DNA of 24,000 nucleotides from an uncultured Acidobacteriota bacterium (GCA_963748155.1 CAVVHV010000006.1:562648-586647), one strand, 5' to 3'; shown: positions 1-11,434, counted from the first letter of the stretch. The notes: generated by a model from the letters alone, not told the origin. Translations and numbers: made by a program.

Positions 1-1101
1 TCTAAACACTAGCTGCGAATAGCCTGTTCAGTTTACAAAAGAAGATGAGCAAGATCATCTCGCTGGATAAGTTGGACGCGGATATCTGCTCCGCGCAATA
101 AATTTTCAGCGATCAGTCCTGTGAGATTTAAGTTGTTAGTGCAGAGGAATTTCAATCCATGCTATCGCGCTGCCCGTGCGACCCGTTTGACGATCCCTGA
201 AGGCGACTAGCACCTGATAGAGGCCCGATTAGCCGGCCCCGTTTGAAACTCCTTCATCGTCGCCTCCACTAGATACGCAAAGAGACCGCGATCACTATGA
301 TTGGCGATGAGATTCGCATCTACCTCACTGATCGAGACCTGGCTCGCCGTTGTCTCAGGATTGTATCTGTAGTTGAGTCGACTGATGGCTTCGCGCAACA
401 CGGCTTTGTTGTCAGTGAGCTCTGCAAGCAACCGATTTGCCCGCTGGTCGATACAACATCAATCGGTCCTTAGCCGTCATCTTGTTTTCTACGAAATGAG
501 TTAAGACGGAGCGGGCGCGGCTCAAGCCCTCGCCCGTCAAGTGAACGTCATCCACGAAAAAGAAAATTACACGTCCGCGATTGGATCCTCGATCTGCCGT
601 TCCTGGCGACGTTGCGAGAGCAGCGGAGAATAGGCGAGGCCGATCAAAAGCACGTTCAGGGAAAGAACGCTAAATATTCGCATTGGATCTTCTTTCGTTG
701 GTGAAACCTCGCGTCTCGTTCACAGAACGCTAGAGTACCACTCGAGTTGTGCTGCTACCATCTCTGTAGAGCCTTTGACGCGACCAAACCAACTGCTGCT
801 CCTGTTTTATTTGAGCACCATTTGTTGACAAGATTTCATCACCGCACTAGGATGCGGCCGCACAAAATCTCACTGTTGCCTTAGGTACCGACGTGAGACT
901 TCGGTTCCTTCTGCACACCCTCGTCCGCGTTGATTTTGTGCCTTACACCTCCCAGGCATTGCATCGATGTAACTTGCTACTTAGACAGTCGGAATAGTGT
1001 CACAGGCGTTGCTCTGTCAGCGTAGGGTTGCCCTTACGCTAAGTAACAGAAGCGGCATGTGTAAGTGTAATCATTCGACAGTAAAAACAACGGAGGGATC
1101 G

Positions 1102-2061
1102 GTGATAACACACAAAGCAGAGCCCTCTCCGGCCGTGATGGGCCACCTGCGCTCATCGAACCGGGCCGGCGGCCTACTGTTGACTTCAGCAGTGGTACTC
1201 ACGGCGCTTGGTGTCGTGCTGTCTCTCCAACCAAACGCGTTAGTGTGGTTACTGGGACAGTTGCTCCTTGCTATCACGATGGTCCAATGGTTCGCGTTGC
1301 TTCATGAATGTGGCCACGGAACGCTCTTCCGCTCCAAGGCACTTCATGCACCCGTTGGTAGAGTAGCTGCCTTTTTCTCGCTCATCCCTTTCTACTGCTG
1401 GAAACGAGTCCATGGCCAGCATCACAAGTGGACTGGATGGCAGGATTTGGATCCAACCACCGCCGCGCTCGTCCCCCGTACCCTCGGCCGCGCTGAGCAG
1501 ATTTTGATGAACGTTTGCTGGAGATTCTGGATCCCGCTTTTCGCCACCCTATACCGGATTAACAACTACTGGCACTTGCCTCGGCTACGTTCGCTGTTCC
1601 CAAAACGAGAAGACCGCAGGCATTTCACGATCAGCATCATCGGCTACTTCCTGGTCTACGTGGCTGTCGCCATTCTCCTCGGTCCCAGGACGCTGCTGCG
1701 AGTCATGGGTCTTGCGACTGTGCTCGCATTTGTCGTGGAGGATCTTCTGATTCTGAGCCAGCACACGCACATTCCTCAGAACCTGAGTCAGGGAAGGCAA
1801 GTTCCTCCCTTCCCCGCTCTCGAGCAAGAGGTATTCACGCGATCTCTCATCATCCCATCGTGGCTTTCGACGATGTTGCTGCACATCGACGCTCACGAAC
1901 TCCACCATATGTACCCATCCGTGCCCGGTTATCACCTACGCGATATCCCGTACGACACGCGCAACGAAATAGACTGGTGGGTGTGGGTGAGAGACGCACG
2001 CGCAGTGCCTGGTGAGACGTTGATGTTTCACAACCGGATCGAGACTGGCCTCAACATTTGA
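1102..2061 (+). CDS. Membrane fatty-acid desaturase family protein
   Basis: ORF 997..2061. Histidine boxes HECGHG, HGQHHKWTGWQD and HELHHMYP plus several hydrophobic segments. Likely GTG start at 1102 with GGAGG Shine-Dalgarno at 1092-1096 (VITHKAEPSP); the track start at 997 is less likely. Confidence 0.88.
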   Translation: MITHKAEPSPAVMGHLRSSNRAGGLLLTSAVVLTALGVVLSLQPNALVWLLGQLLLAITMVQWFALLHECGHGTLFRSKALHAPVGRVAAFFSLIPFYCWKRVHGQHHKWTGWQDLDPTTAALVPRTLGRAEQILMNVCWRFWIPLFATLYRINNYWHLPRLRSLFPKREDRRHFTISIIGYFLVYVAVAILLGPRTLLRVMGLATVLAFVVEDLLILSQHTHIPQNLSQGRQVPPFPALEQEVFTRSLIIPSWLSTMLLHIDAHELHHMYPSVPGYHLRDIPYDTRNEIDWWVWVRDARAVPGETLMFHNRIETGLNI

Positions 2062-2073
2062 GCCAACGCAACC

Positions 2074-2652
2074 ATGTACGATCCACTTCACTGTGCTCTC
2101 TTCCTGATTCTGGCCTTCATGCTTGCCGGCGTTTTGCATTCGCTGTGGCTGCATAATCGCCTCTCTCAGGCCCTGGCTATTCCGCTTGATGGTGGCCGCA
2201 TGTTTCGCGGGCGGCCGATTCTTGGCGAGAACAAGACACTGCGTGGCTTTGTAATGATCCCGGCCGCGGCGCTGGCTTTTGCCGCAGTCGCCGCCATGAT
2301 TTCTCTTCCACAAGGAGTGCTTCCCGCCACGCTGTGGCAATTAACTCCAACAGGATACGGCGCGCTTGGCGCCCTGGCCGGGTTCGGTTTCATGGCCGGG
2401 GAGCTCCCGAATTCATTCGTCAAGCGCCGGCTGGGCATTTCGCCCGGGCAAGCGCCAGCTTCTGGTCTAACAAAAGCGATCTGCTTCACGATCGATCACA
2501 TCGACTCCATTGTCGGAATGCTTGCCGCAGTGACAGTTGCAGTACACACGCCGTGGGCGACATGGCTGTGGGTGCTTGTCCTTGGACCTTCGATCCATTT
2601 GTTATTCAGTTGGTGGCTCTTCCGAATGGGCGTTAAAGGACGGCCTGCATGA
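2074..2652 (+). CDS. CDP-archaeol synthase-like (CarS/DUF46 family) membrane cytidylyltransferase
   Basis: 192 aa membrane protein with GRPILGENKTLRGF and GELPNSFVKRRLGISPG family signatures. Its stop overlaps the next start in an ATGA. Confidence 0.8.
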   Translation: MYDPLHCALFLILAFMLAGVLHSLWLHNRLSQALAIPLDGGRMFRGRPILGENKTLRGFVMIPAAALAFAAVAAMISLPQGVLPATLWQLTPTGYGALGALAGFGFMAGELPNSFVKRRLGISPGQAPASGLTKAICFTIDHIDSIVGMLAAVTVAVHTPWATWLWVLVLGPSIHLLFSWWLFRMGVKGRPA

Positions 2653-5335
2653 CGACCTCTTCCCTCCGAGCCGCGCCCGCGCTGAACAGCGCCGGCTACA
2701 TAGTTCCGCTCGACCGGGCAATGCTTCTCGAGCTCGTCGGTGGGAAAGCACATAATCTCTATCGCGTCCTCGATCTCGGTCTTCGTGTGCCTGGTGGCTT
2801 TGTCGTTACCACACGCGCTTTCGAGGACCACCTCGAAGAGAACGATCTTGCGGTGAAGATCCACGCGCTGTCTCAGCGACAGACTGGACAGCTTTCCAAC
2901 CAGCGGCAGTTAGCGACACGCATCCACGATCTCATTGTCAACACTGAGCTCTCACCAGGACTTCGCGATTTGTTGGAGCCGGCCGCCGAGGAGTTGCTTA
3001 ATCATGGACCAGTGGTCGTGCGCAGTTCGGCTATCGGTGAGGATTCCGCGCGAGCCTCGTTCGCCGGGCAGCTTGATTCCTTTCTTCACGTGCGGACGTT
3101 TCGCAGAGTTGGAAAAAGCCCTGCTTGCCTGCTGGGCTTCATGTTGGTCTGAGCGCGCGATCACATACCGCGCCGCTCAGGGAATGGAAGTTAGGGGCAT
3201 GGGTGTCGTCGTACAGACCCAGGTCGACGCGCTCGCCGCCGGCGTTCTGTTCACACGTACCGCCGAAGGAACAATACTCGTCGAGCACACGCCAGGACTG
3301 GGTGACGCGCTCGTGGCTGGGGCAATTAATCCCGGGCGTTTCGTGCTGCCGCGCAGTGGGAACGGCTTCGTGGTGCTTTCCGACGGGGAGCGACCTATTA
3401 CGAGCGTTGAGAACGTGTTGTTCTCCCAATCCATGCTCACTGAACTTCGCCGCGTGGCCGCAATGCTTGAAGAAGGACTGGGTGGAGCTCAGGACGTAGA
3501 GTGGGCGATCGACCGCTCGGGCTTGCTGTATATCGTGCAGTCGCGTCCGATCACCGCAATCCCGACAGTAAGCGCGCCGCAGCCAGGCGGATCGCCGATC
3601 CGTTGGTCGGATGCCAACGTCAACGAGAACTTTCCCGCGCCGATTTCTCCCTTCCTGTACTCGATCGCGAGCGCTGGTTACGCCCACTATTTTCGAAATC
3701 TCGCCCGTGCTTTCGGGCTGTCAAAGACGCGAATCGCCGCGATGGACGATGCGCTCCGTCACATCATCGGCGTTCACGGAGCGAGGATGTATTACAACCT
3801 GACGAATATCCACACCGTGCTTCGACTCGCGCCCTTCGGCGATGCCCTCGTTGACTGCCTTCAACAGTTTCGTCGGAGCGGGCGGCTCGTTTGGTGCGGC
3901 GGCGCGGACGAGAACCGGGCGGGTGCGTGAAGTTGTCGAACTGGCGGTGATAGCTGTAAAGGTCACGTGGCTCTATCTCTTCCTCGAGCGACGCGTGGCG
4001 TCGTTTGAACGGCTGGTTGACGATTTTGCTGAGCGCACGGAACCGAACCGGCTCGCGGCTCTGTCGCTTCGCGATCTGCGGCTACTGCTCAACGAGCTGA
4101 TGGACATCCGCTGTCATCGATGGACCAACGCGAGTCTCGCCGACGCCGCGTCGATGGTCTGTTACGCGATGCTGCGCCGGCTGGTGGAACAAGCCAACGA
4201 CGGTAAAGTTGGAAGCACTGCATAACACCCTCCTCAAAGCCATTCCCCAGCTTGTCAGTGGCCAGCCCGTGCACGAGCTCTGGGAGCTTTCGCGAACGGT
4301 TCGCGCTGACGCAGCCCTTCGCAATCTATTTGAGAGCGATTCGGAATCTGTCGTTAACCAGATCGCCGTCAACCCAAAGTTCGCGGACTTCCGTTCGCAG
4401 TTCGAGGAGTATTTGCAACGATGGGGCTTCCGCTGTTCCGCTGAACTCATGCTCACGGCTCCAAGCTTCCAGGAAGAACCTGCGCTGCTCGTCGACATTA
4501 TTCGCGCCTATGCGCGCCGGGATTGCGAATCGCCTGCTGCGGCGCTCAGCAGACAGCTTGCTGAGCGAGAGCAGGAAACCAAGTCCCTACTGCGAAGACT
4601 GCCGATGGCGCCGCGCCGCCGTCTTACGCATCGTCCTCCGCTGGACGCAAGCCGCCATTGCTTATCGAGAGCGGGCTCGCCTCAAACAGGCGCTGCTGTA
4701 CAGCCGCTGTCGCCGCCTGGCGCTTGCGCTAGGCGACCAACTGGTGATGCGCGGGCGCCTGGCGGAGCGAGAAGACGTCTTCTGGCTGACTGTTTCACGA
4801 GGTCGATGAGCTTGCTGCGGGACGCGCCATGTTCCCGCACCACGTGCAGGAACTGACGACCATGCGTAAGCGCGCGCACGAGCAACTCGCCGCGAGGCAA
4901 CCATTGAATGACTTCACTCTTCCCGAAGGAGAGTATCTGCCTCTGGATGGAGACTTACACGTTGGCAATGTCACACCGGCGCAACATGATCACTCTGGAT
5001 CACACACGCTACAGGGAGTAGGTGCATGCGGCGGCCGCGTGGTGGGCCGTGCTGTCGTTTTACACGACGCGAGTGAGGCGGGCGTCCTTACCGCGAAGAT
5101 ATCCTGGTTACACGTCAAACAGATCCGGGCTGGGCGCCAGTCTTTTTTCTAATTAAGGGCCTGGTCATCGAGCGAGGGGGAATGCTTTCACACGGCGCAA
5201 TTGTGGCGCGCGAATTCGGAATACCGTGTGTTGTCGGTGTACAGCATGCGACTCGTGAACTGTTCCGCGCCGGACAGATCGAAGTTGATGGCGATCAGGG
5301 GAAAGTTCATGTCTTCGAGGCTTTGCACAAAAGTC
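2649..5335 (+). CDS. PEP synthase/pyruvate phosphate dikinase-like enzyme (ATP-grasp N-terminal domain plus swivelling phospho-His domain), apparently frameshifted
   Basis: N-terminus LLELVGGKAHNLYRVLDLGLRVPGGFVVTTRAF; PVVVRSSAIGEDSARASFAGQLDSFL-type motif; C-terminal TDPGWAPVFF..GLVIERGGMLSHGAIVAREFGIPCVVGVQHAT with catalytic-His motif. Homologous segments are spread over ORFs 2649..3152, 2935..3930, 3842..4225, 4209..4856, 4252..4809, 4829..5152 and 5182..6117 in different frames. 3' boundary approximate. Confidence 0.78.
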
Positions 5336-5340
5336 ACTCA

Positions 5341-5613
5341 GCCTGCGAAGCAGGCGTAAGCATAAAGCCTGGGGCGCAAGCCCCAGGATCCGAAAATAAA
5401 AAAGCGTTGCGAGCCCGCGAAGCGGGCGGCAGCATAAAGCCTGGGGCGCAAGCCCCAGGATCAGATCACAAAAGACAAGCCGGAGCCCGTGAAACGGGCG
5501 ACAGCGTGAAATTTTCAGTCTTTCGCCCGCTGTCGCGGGCTCCGGCTTTTTTATTTGGCACGTTAACCTGGGGCTTGCGCCCCAGGCTTTATGCTTACGC
5601 CTGCTATCGCAGG
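5341..5613. repeat. Cluster of short palindromic repeats (CCTGGGGC-GCAA-GCCCCAGG cores) within a larger inverted repeat
   Basis: Palindrome cores at 5368-5387, 5440-5459 and, in opposite orientation, 5567-5586. The 5341-5387 arm (GCCTGCGAAGCAGGCGTAAGCATAAAGCCTGGGGCGCAAGCCCCAGG) is nearly the reverse complement of 5567-5613. A middle GAGCCCG..CGGGCTC type hairpin lies at about 5478-5545. Confidence 0.9.
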
Positions 5614-5639
5614 CTAAGAAATTTCATTCGATTTCGACT

Positions 5640-6320
5640 TTTTGAGCAAAGCCTGTCTTCGATAAAACTGATTTACGCTTATTGGCGTGAGCGTTATTCC
5701 ATAAGCGTATTCTTACCCTTCGCAATCTTGATCGCCGCCGCGGGAGCCGCAGCGGGAGGGTCGCTCCCTCCAGTTCGCGACGCCTGGATAGGTTGCGTCC
5801 TCGCCTACACGCTGGTTTTGGTTTTCCGCATTGGTGATGACCTCGCAGATCTCAGTAGCGATCGCCTGCGCCATCCGGGCAGAGTGTTGGTCCAGGACAG
5901 CGAGTGTAACTCCGATCATTGTGTTTGCATTGGTGATCGCCGCCGGCGACATCCTGTTGATGCTTCGCCAACCGCAGCCCCGGCGCTCGCCTCGCTGTCT
6001 TTTTCGCGATTTCACTCTTCCTTTGGCTTTGGTATCACTGGCGGGCGCGCCTTCGCGTTGGTCCACTCGCCAGTGCGCACGTCGTGCTCGTCAAGTATCC
6101 CGTTATTTCTCTTTTGACATGCGCGCACTGGGACAAACTGTCACAACACACCGCGCTTCCCGCGCTCGGCGCGATCTATCTTGGCTTATGCATTTACGAA
6201 CAGGTTCATGACCGCGTGGTTCGCGAGTCGCGCGGAGCCGCTTGGATTTTCGCTGCGGAGGTGGTGCTCCTTGCCGGCCTTCCGCTGCTAATGCTTTCGA
6301 CTGGAGGTCTTCTTCGATGA
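5640..6320 (+). CDS. UbiA-like prenyltransferase homologue (membrane protein), apparently frameshifted
   Basis: VFRIGDDLADLSSDRLRHPGRVL resembles the UbiA Asp-rich motif NDxxDxxxDrxxhPxR. It is followed by hydrophobic helices in other frames (TPIIVFALVIAAGDILLML; MLVKYPVISLL...LPLLMLSTGGLLR). Start uncertain; stop overlaps the methyltransferase ATG at 6317. Confidence 0.62.
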
Positions 6321-7300
6321 CAGCCCCTGCCCTGCTGGTGAGTGGAGCGCTTCAGTCCGGACCGCCCGCTACACACTTTGAGAAAGTCTCGTGTTACTAC
6401 TGCGGGGCCACGGAATGGTCAGCCTTTCTTACGGCTCAGGACGATCTCACCGGGCGCCCAGGCACATTCACTTTTACCACCTGCAAGCGCTGCGGACTCC
6501 GGTATCAAAATCCGCGGCTTCGCATCGAGCACGTCAAGGCCTTTTACGATAACGAGTACATCGCCCACCGGAAAAAGACAGACTGGGGTCCGCTCAAAAG
6601 TTTTTTCAACTGGGTGATGGATCGGCACGATCGGCAGAAGGAAAAACTCGTGCGCCGGTACGTTGCGCTCGGCCCGGAGAGCGAAGTTCTCGACGTGGGC
6701 TGCGCAGTAGGAACCTTCCTGCAGAAAGTGCGTGCGCTCCATGGCGCTCGTGTTGTTGGCGTCGACTTCAAGGATCTACGCGGCTGCCAATCGCTCGAAG
6801 ACGTCGAGTTCTACTGCGGCCTGTTCTACGAACAACCGCTCGAACGCGAACGCTTCGACGCCATTACCATGTGGCATTTCCTCGAACACGATTACGATCC
6901 TCTACGCACACTTCAAACAGCACGCGACCTGATGAAGAAGTCTGGCTATCTCGTGATTGAGGTTCCACGTCTCGACTCGCTCACCTTTCGGCTCTACGGC
7001 GACCGGTGGCCCGGTCTGCAGGCGCCGCAGCATACAGTGCTTTACGACCGCGAGATGCTTTTGCGCATGGTCCAAAAAGCCGGGCTGAAGGTCGTCGATT
7101 ATTTGCCCTACGGCGCTTTTCCAGCATTTTTTTATTTCTTCGCCGGAGCAGCATTCAAGCTGCTCAAGGGTAAGGGTCTTAATCTCTCACGAGCCATCTA
7201 TCCCTATTTTGTTGGACAGATTTTATTTGCCCCAATCCTTGCTTTCGAGAAGCACCTCAACTTTGCGATGCAGACCGTTATCTGCAGGCGGGAGGATTAG
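6317..7300 (+). CDS. Class I SAM-dependent methyltransferase with N-terminal zinc-ribbon motif
   Basis: CYYCGATEW..TCKRCGLRYQNPR zinc-binding motif; VLDVGCAVGTFLQKV SAM-binding motif; FDAITMWHFLEH. ATG at 6317 in an ATGA overlap is preferred over the track start at 6242. Confidence 0.88.
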   Translation: MTAPALLVSGALQSGPPATHFEKVSCYYCGATEWSAFLTAQDDLTGRPGTFTFTTCKRCGLRYQNPRLRIEHVKAFYDNEYIAHRKKTDWGPLKSFFNWVMDRHDRQKEKLVRRYVALGPESEVLDVGCAVGTFLQKVRALHGARVVGVDFKDLRGCQSLEDVEFYCGLFYEQPLERERFDAITMWHFLEHDYDPLRTLQTARDLMKKSGYLVIEVPRLDSLTFRLYGDRWPGLQAPQHTVLYDREMLLRMVQKAGLKVVDYLPYGAFPAFFYFFAGAAFKLLKGKGLNLSRAIYPYFVGQILFAPILAFEKHLNFAMQTVICRRED

Positions 7301-7302
7301 GT

Positions 7303-8090
7303 ATGCGCATGGGTCTCCGTATTGCACTGACGGGTTTGTTCATGCTGGCCGGCTCGATTCTTATGCTGGTCGTCGCGATTCCCACGCTTTTCCTGGCGCG
7401 CCGTTTCTATTCCGAGGTCATCGTCCGTTGGATGGGCCGCGTCGTTCTCAGGATCTGGAGGATTGACTACACTACGCACTATTCCGAGCCACTCCCAGAC
7501 CGCCAGACTATCTACATTTCGAATCACACCTCGACGCTCGATGTATTGCTCTTGATTGCGCTCGGTTTGCCGCGCGCGCGATTTTTTCTTTCCGGTTACC
7601 TGCGCAAATTCGCCCGTCGTTGCGATCATCGGATACATCATCCGTATCTTTTGGACCGTTCCTCAGAGGTTCCCGGAGCGAAGGCGCCAAATCTTCCAGC
7701 GCGCTGACCGCATCTTACGGCGCACTGGTGATTCGGTGTTCCTGAGCCCGGAAGGCAAGTGTGTAACGACGGGTGAGATTGGCCCATTCAATAAGGGCTC
7801 GTTCCATCTCGCCACAAGCCTGAAGGCGCCTATCGTCCCCATCTACATTCACATCCCGCCAAAAGTGCAGGGGTATAGAGGTTACCGCGCCAATCCGGGG
7901 ACACGTCGGCGTCTATTTTCTCCCTGCTATCGACACGTCGTCGTGGCAACTTGAGGACCTGGAAGCCAATCGAGATCGAGTGCACCGTCTTTATCTCCGC
8001 GTGCATGACGCGATGCGCGCAAACGGCAGGCTTCCGGCGGACCTTCGCATCGAGCCGCTGCAACCCGAACTTATGAGGGCCGCCGTATGA
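7303..8090 (+). CDS. 1-acyl-sn-glycerol-3-phosphate acyltransferase-like (PlsC family), apparently frameshifted
   Basis: NHTSTLD (NHx4D box), FLSPEGKCVTTGEIGPFNKG and APIVPIYIHIP blocks, split over ORFs 7303..7707 and 7556..7954. The terminal segment LRIEPLQPELMRAAV ends in an ATGA overlap at 8087. Confidence 0.8.
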
Positions 8091-10180
8091 CCCACGACTT
8101 TCGCTCGCTGGTTGCCATGTTGCGTCACCGAGCGCTGCATCAGGGAAACTGTCGCGCCTATACCTTTCTTGCAGACGGCGAAACCGAGAGCGCCGCGCTT
8201 ACCTATGCACAACTGGATCGTCGCGCGTGCGCAGTGGCTGCTGCCCTTTCAGATCGAGGAGCGAGACCTGGAGATCGTGTCATCCTGCTTTACCCGCCGG
8301 GCCTTGATTTCATAACGGCGTTCTTCGGCTCGATCTATGCAGGCGTGATCGCCGTTCCGTGTTATCCGCCTCACCGCTTGCAGATCGCTCGTTCGCTCCC
8401 GCGCCTGACAGCGATCGTGGACAATGCCGAGCCCGGCATTGTCCTTTGCACAGCGGAGGTTGCTGCTGACGCACCCGCCTGGGTTGCGCATGTCCCAGCC
8501 CTCAATGCGCTTCCCTGGATCATCACCGATACGCTCGCGGATGACGCCGCCGCCACGTGGAAAGAACCTGATGTCGACTCGTCAACTCTGGCCTTTCTTC
8601 AGTACACTTCGGGCTCAACCGCCGCGCCTCGTGGAGTGATGGTTACTCACGGTAACCTCCTCCACAACCTCGCCGCCATCAATTACGTGCAGGAGAATGA
8701 CTCCGACAGCGTTTCCGTTTCCTGGCTTCCGGTGATCCACGATATGGGACTGATCGAAGGAGTTCTCGAGCCAGCCTATGCGGGTTACCCAGCCTATCTA
8801 ATGTCGCCTGCTACTTTCCTCCAGCGTCCCCTCCGCTGGCTGCGCGCGATTAGTAAGTATCGTGCCACGAACAGCGGTGGTCCAAACTTCGCGTATGACC
8901 TATGTGCTCGAAAGGTCAACGCCGAACAACGTAGCAACTTTCGATCTTTCCAGTTGGCGCGTCGCATATAACGGCGCCGAGCCGATTCGCAGCGAAACAT
9001 TGACTGCGTTCTATTAGAGCGTTCGCTGATTGCGGCTTCCGTTGGAAGTCCTTTTATCCGGTGTACGGCCTGGCCGAATCGACGCTTTTGGTCACTAGTG
9101 GGCGCAGGACCTACCAGCCAGTCTTTCTGGACGCCGATGCTTCTGCTCTTTCCGGTGGGCGCATTGAAGAAGCCTCGCCAGATGGGCCATCCCGACAAGT
9201 CTCACTGGTATCGACTGGGCCACCTGCACTTGATACGCGCGTTCTCATTGTAAATCCCGATACCTGCCGGCGTTGCGCGCCGCGCGAAATCGGTGAGATC
9301 TGGCTCTCATCACCGAGCGTTACAAAAGGTTACTGGCGACGCGAGGAGGAAACCTCGCAAACCTTTGGCGCTAGTGCTCACCGACGATGGGAGCGGACCG
9401 TATCTGCGCACGGGCGATCTCGGCGTGCTCATCGACGGCGAGCTTTTTGTTGCGGGACGACTAAAAGACCTTCTGATCGTCCGCGGGTTCAAACACTACC
9501 CGCAAGATCTGGAATTAACGGTTGAGCGCCAACACCCGGCTATCCGTCCAGGTTGTGTCGCCGTATTCGCCCTCGAGGCACACGACGAACACATCGCCGT
9601 TGCCGCTGAACTAGACCCGCGGCGCCTCGATATCACCCGGACGAATCCTCTGGAATTCCTCGCTCTTTCTCGCGCGAGGGCAATCTCGCAAACGCGATCT
9701 CCGATCTGATCGGCAGGATTTGCCAGGCTGTCGCGGAGATTCACGGTGTCCAACTCCACACGATCGCTCTGCTGAAACCGGGCGCGCTTCCGAAAACAAC
9801 CAGCGGCAAGATTCCCATCGTGCATGTGCCCAGGCCTTGTCCGGTGGGCAATTGGCCGAGCTTGTGCGATGGATCAAACCCGAGGTTGGACCATTGGATT
9901 CTGCAACTACGCTACAGTGGGCCACGATATGACGACAACGCAACAGCTCACGGCAGGCGACGCGTTGCGCCCGAGGTTGGCGCAGCTTGCGGCCGATGTG
10001 CTGCGCATCCCCGTGGCCGATATTCATCCCACTGTGCCGTTCTCAGCCATGGGTTTGGATTCACTCGCGGCAGCTGAACTTACCGCGCTGAATTGAAGAT
10101 GAACTCTGCCACGAACTGCCACCGGCGGTGCTTTTCGAATGTCCCAGTATCGATTCGCTGTCGCGCTTCATCGAATCGCG
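8087..10180 (+). CDS. Fatty acyl-AMP ligase (FAAL-like) with C-terminal acyl-carrier domain, apparently frameshifted
   Basis: LAFLQYTSGSTAAPRGVMVTHGNLLHN, WLPVIHDMGLIEG, YNGAEPIRSETL, FYPVYGLAESTLLVT, YLRTGDLGVLIDGELFVAGRLKDLLIVRGFKHYPQDLE and LPKTTSGKI. Then carrier domain VPFSAMGLDSLAAAELTAL + LIEDELCHELPPAVLFECPSIDSLSRFIES. Segments lie in different frames. Confidence 0.85.
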
Positions 10181-10199
10181 CTTTGCTGGAGCGGCAATT

Positions 10200-11433
10200 G
10201 AGAAGAGCGAGAGAGAGACACGTATCTGCGCGAATGCTGACGGACGCGATCTTGCCGGCCGACATCGTGCCAGCCTGCCCTCAGGAATGTCTTAATGACA
10301 ATGTGCTTTTGACGGGCAGCACCGGTTTTGTCGGCGCTTATTTGCTACGCTCGCTCCTTCGCGACACGCCGGCCATGGTCCACTGCATGGTCCGGGGCAG
10401 CGACACAGAGGCGAGCGTTCGTGTGCGCCGAAATCTCGCGCAATACGGGCTCTGGGAGGAGCACTTTGCGTCGCGCATTCGCTATGTCTATGGCGACGTC
10501 TCGCATCCATTGTTGGGAATGGCGAGCCGAGATTTCAGCCAGCTCGCTAACTCTATCAGCGCGATCTACCACGCCGCTGCTGCCGTCGATTGGGTGCGGC
10601 CGTACGAGGACCTTCGGGATGTGAACGTCTTTGGCACGCGCGAGCTACTTCGTCTCGCCTGCTCAGGGCCGGCAAAATCTTTTCACTTTCTTTCGAGCCT
10701 GGCTGTTTGTTACTCCAACGGCGCGCCCGGTGACGCCCTCGAGGGTGATGATCCTCTCACCAATCTGAGGGGTTTGAGTCTGGGTTATGCGCAGAGCAAA
10801 TGTGTCGCAGAGTCGTTGGTGCGACAGGCGATCGAGCGTGGCTGCCACGCTACTATTGCCCGGCCGACCCTTGTTTCCGGAGATTCGACATCCGGAATCT
10901 CGAATGCCGATGACTTACTTTCTCGTTTACTTCGAGGCTGCATCCACATGGGCGCGGCACCCGATCTCGACTGGGCGATGGATTGTGTACCCGTCGATCA
11001 CGTCGCCGATGCGATGGTCCAACTTGCGCGAAACGGGGTTCCCGGCGGTGTCTATCATTTGGTTAATCCGAAGTTGCGGTATTGGCGTGAATGCGTACTG
11101 TGGATGTGTCTCCGGGGCTATCCACTCGAGCTGATGCCCTATCGCGACTGGACCATGCGCCTGCACAAGACAGCAACCAGCTCAAACCCGCTCTATCCCT
11201 TGCAGTCGTTCTTCCTGCGCACTATTCCCGAGGAAGGCGACCTTGCTATTCCCGAGCTGTACGAAGAAAAGCGCCGCCGCCGAACGCGATGCGATTTTTC
11301 CCGCGCTTTACTTGCACAAGCGGGAATAACCTGTGCGCCCCTGGATGCCCACCTCCTCGATCGGTACTTCGACTCGTATACGGAGCGCTGCTTGATTCCG
11401 ACGGTGGCGCGCGCGACCGCACGTACGTCGTGA
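10200..11433 (+). CDS. Thioester reductase domain (Lys2/SDR-type NAD(P)-dependent carboxylic-acid reductase domain), probably fused to the upstream FAAL-ACP
   Basis: DNVLLTGSTGFVGAYLLRSLLRD (NAD(P)-binding motif), VYGDVSHPLLG, IYHAAAAVDWVRPY, GYAQSKCVAESLV. Within ORF 10093..11433. The linker PADIVPACPQE precedes the Rossmann fold; no independent start is convincing. Confidence 0.85.
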
Positions 11434-11434
11434 C

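Noticed and set aside
3139-3687. 182-aa - strand ORF
   Set aside because: Antisense to clearly PPDK-like coding sequence; no family features.
2649-5335. Programmed ribosomal frameshifting as the explanation for frame hops
   Set aside because: Too many sites, in many unrelated genes including the distant thioesterase, with no recurrent slippery motif noticed; sequence error or gene decay is simpler.
5182-6117. Single 311-aa protein as given in the ORF track
   Set aside because: Its N-terminus is a phospho-His swivelling domain, the middle is translated palindromic repeat DNA, and the C-terminus is a frame-broken UbiA-like start. More likely two genes joined by a repeat and/or indels.
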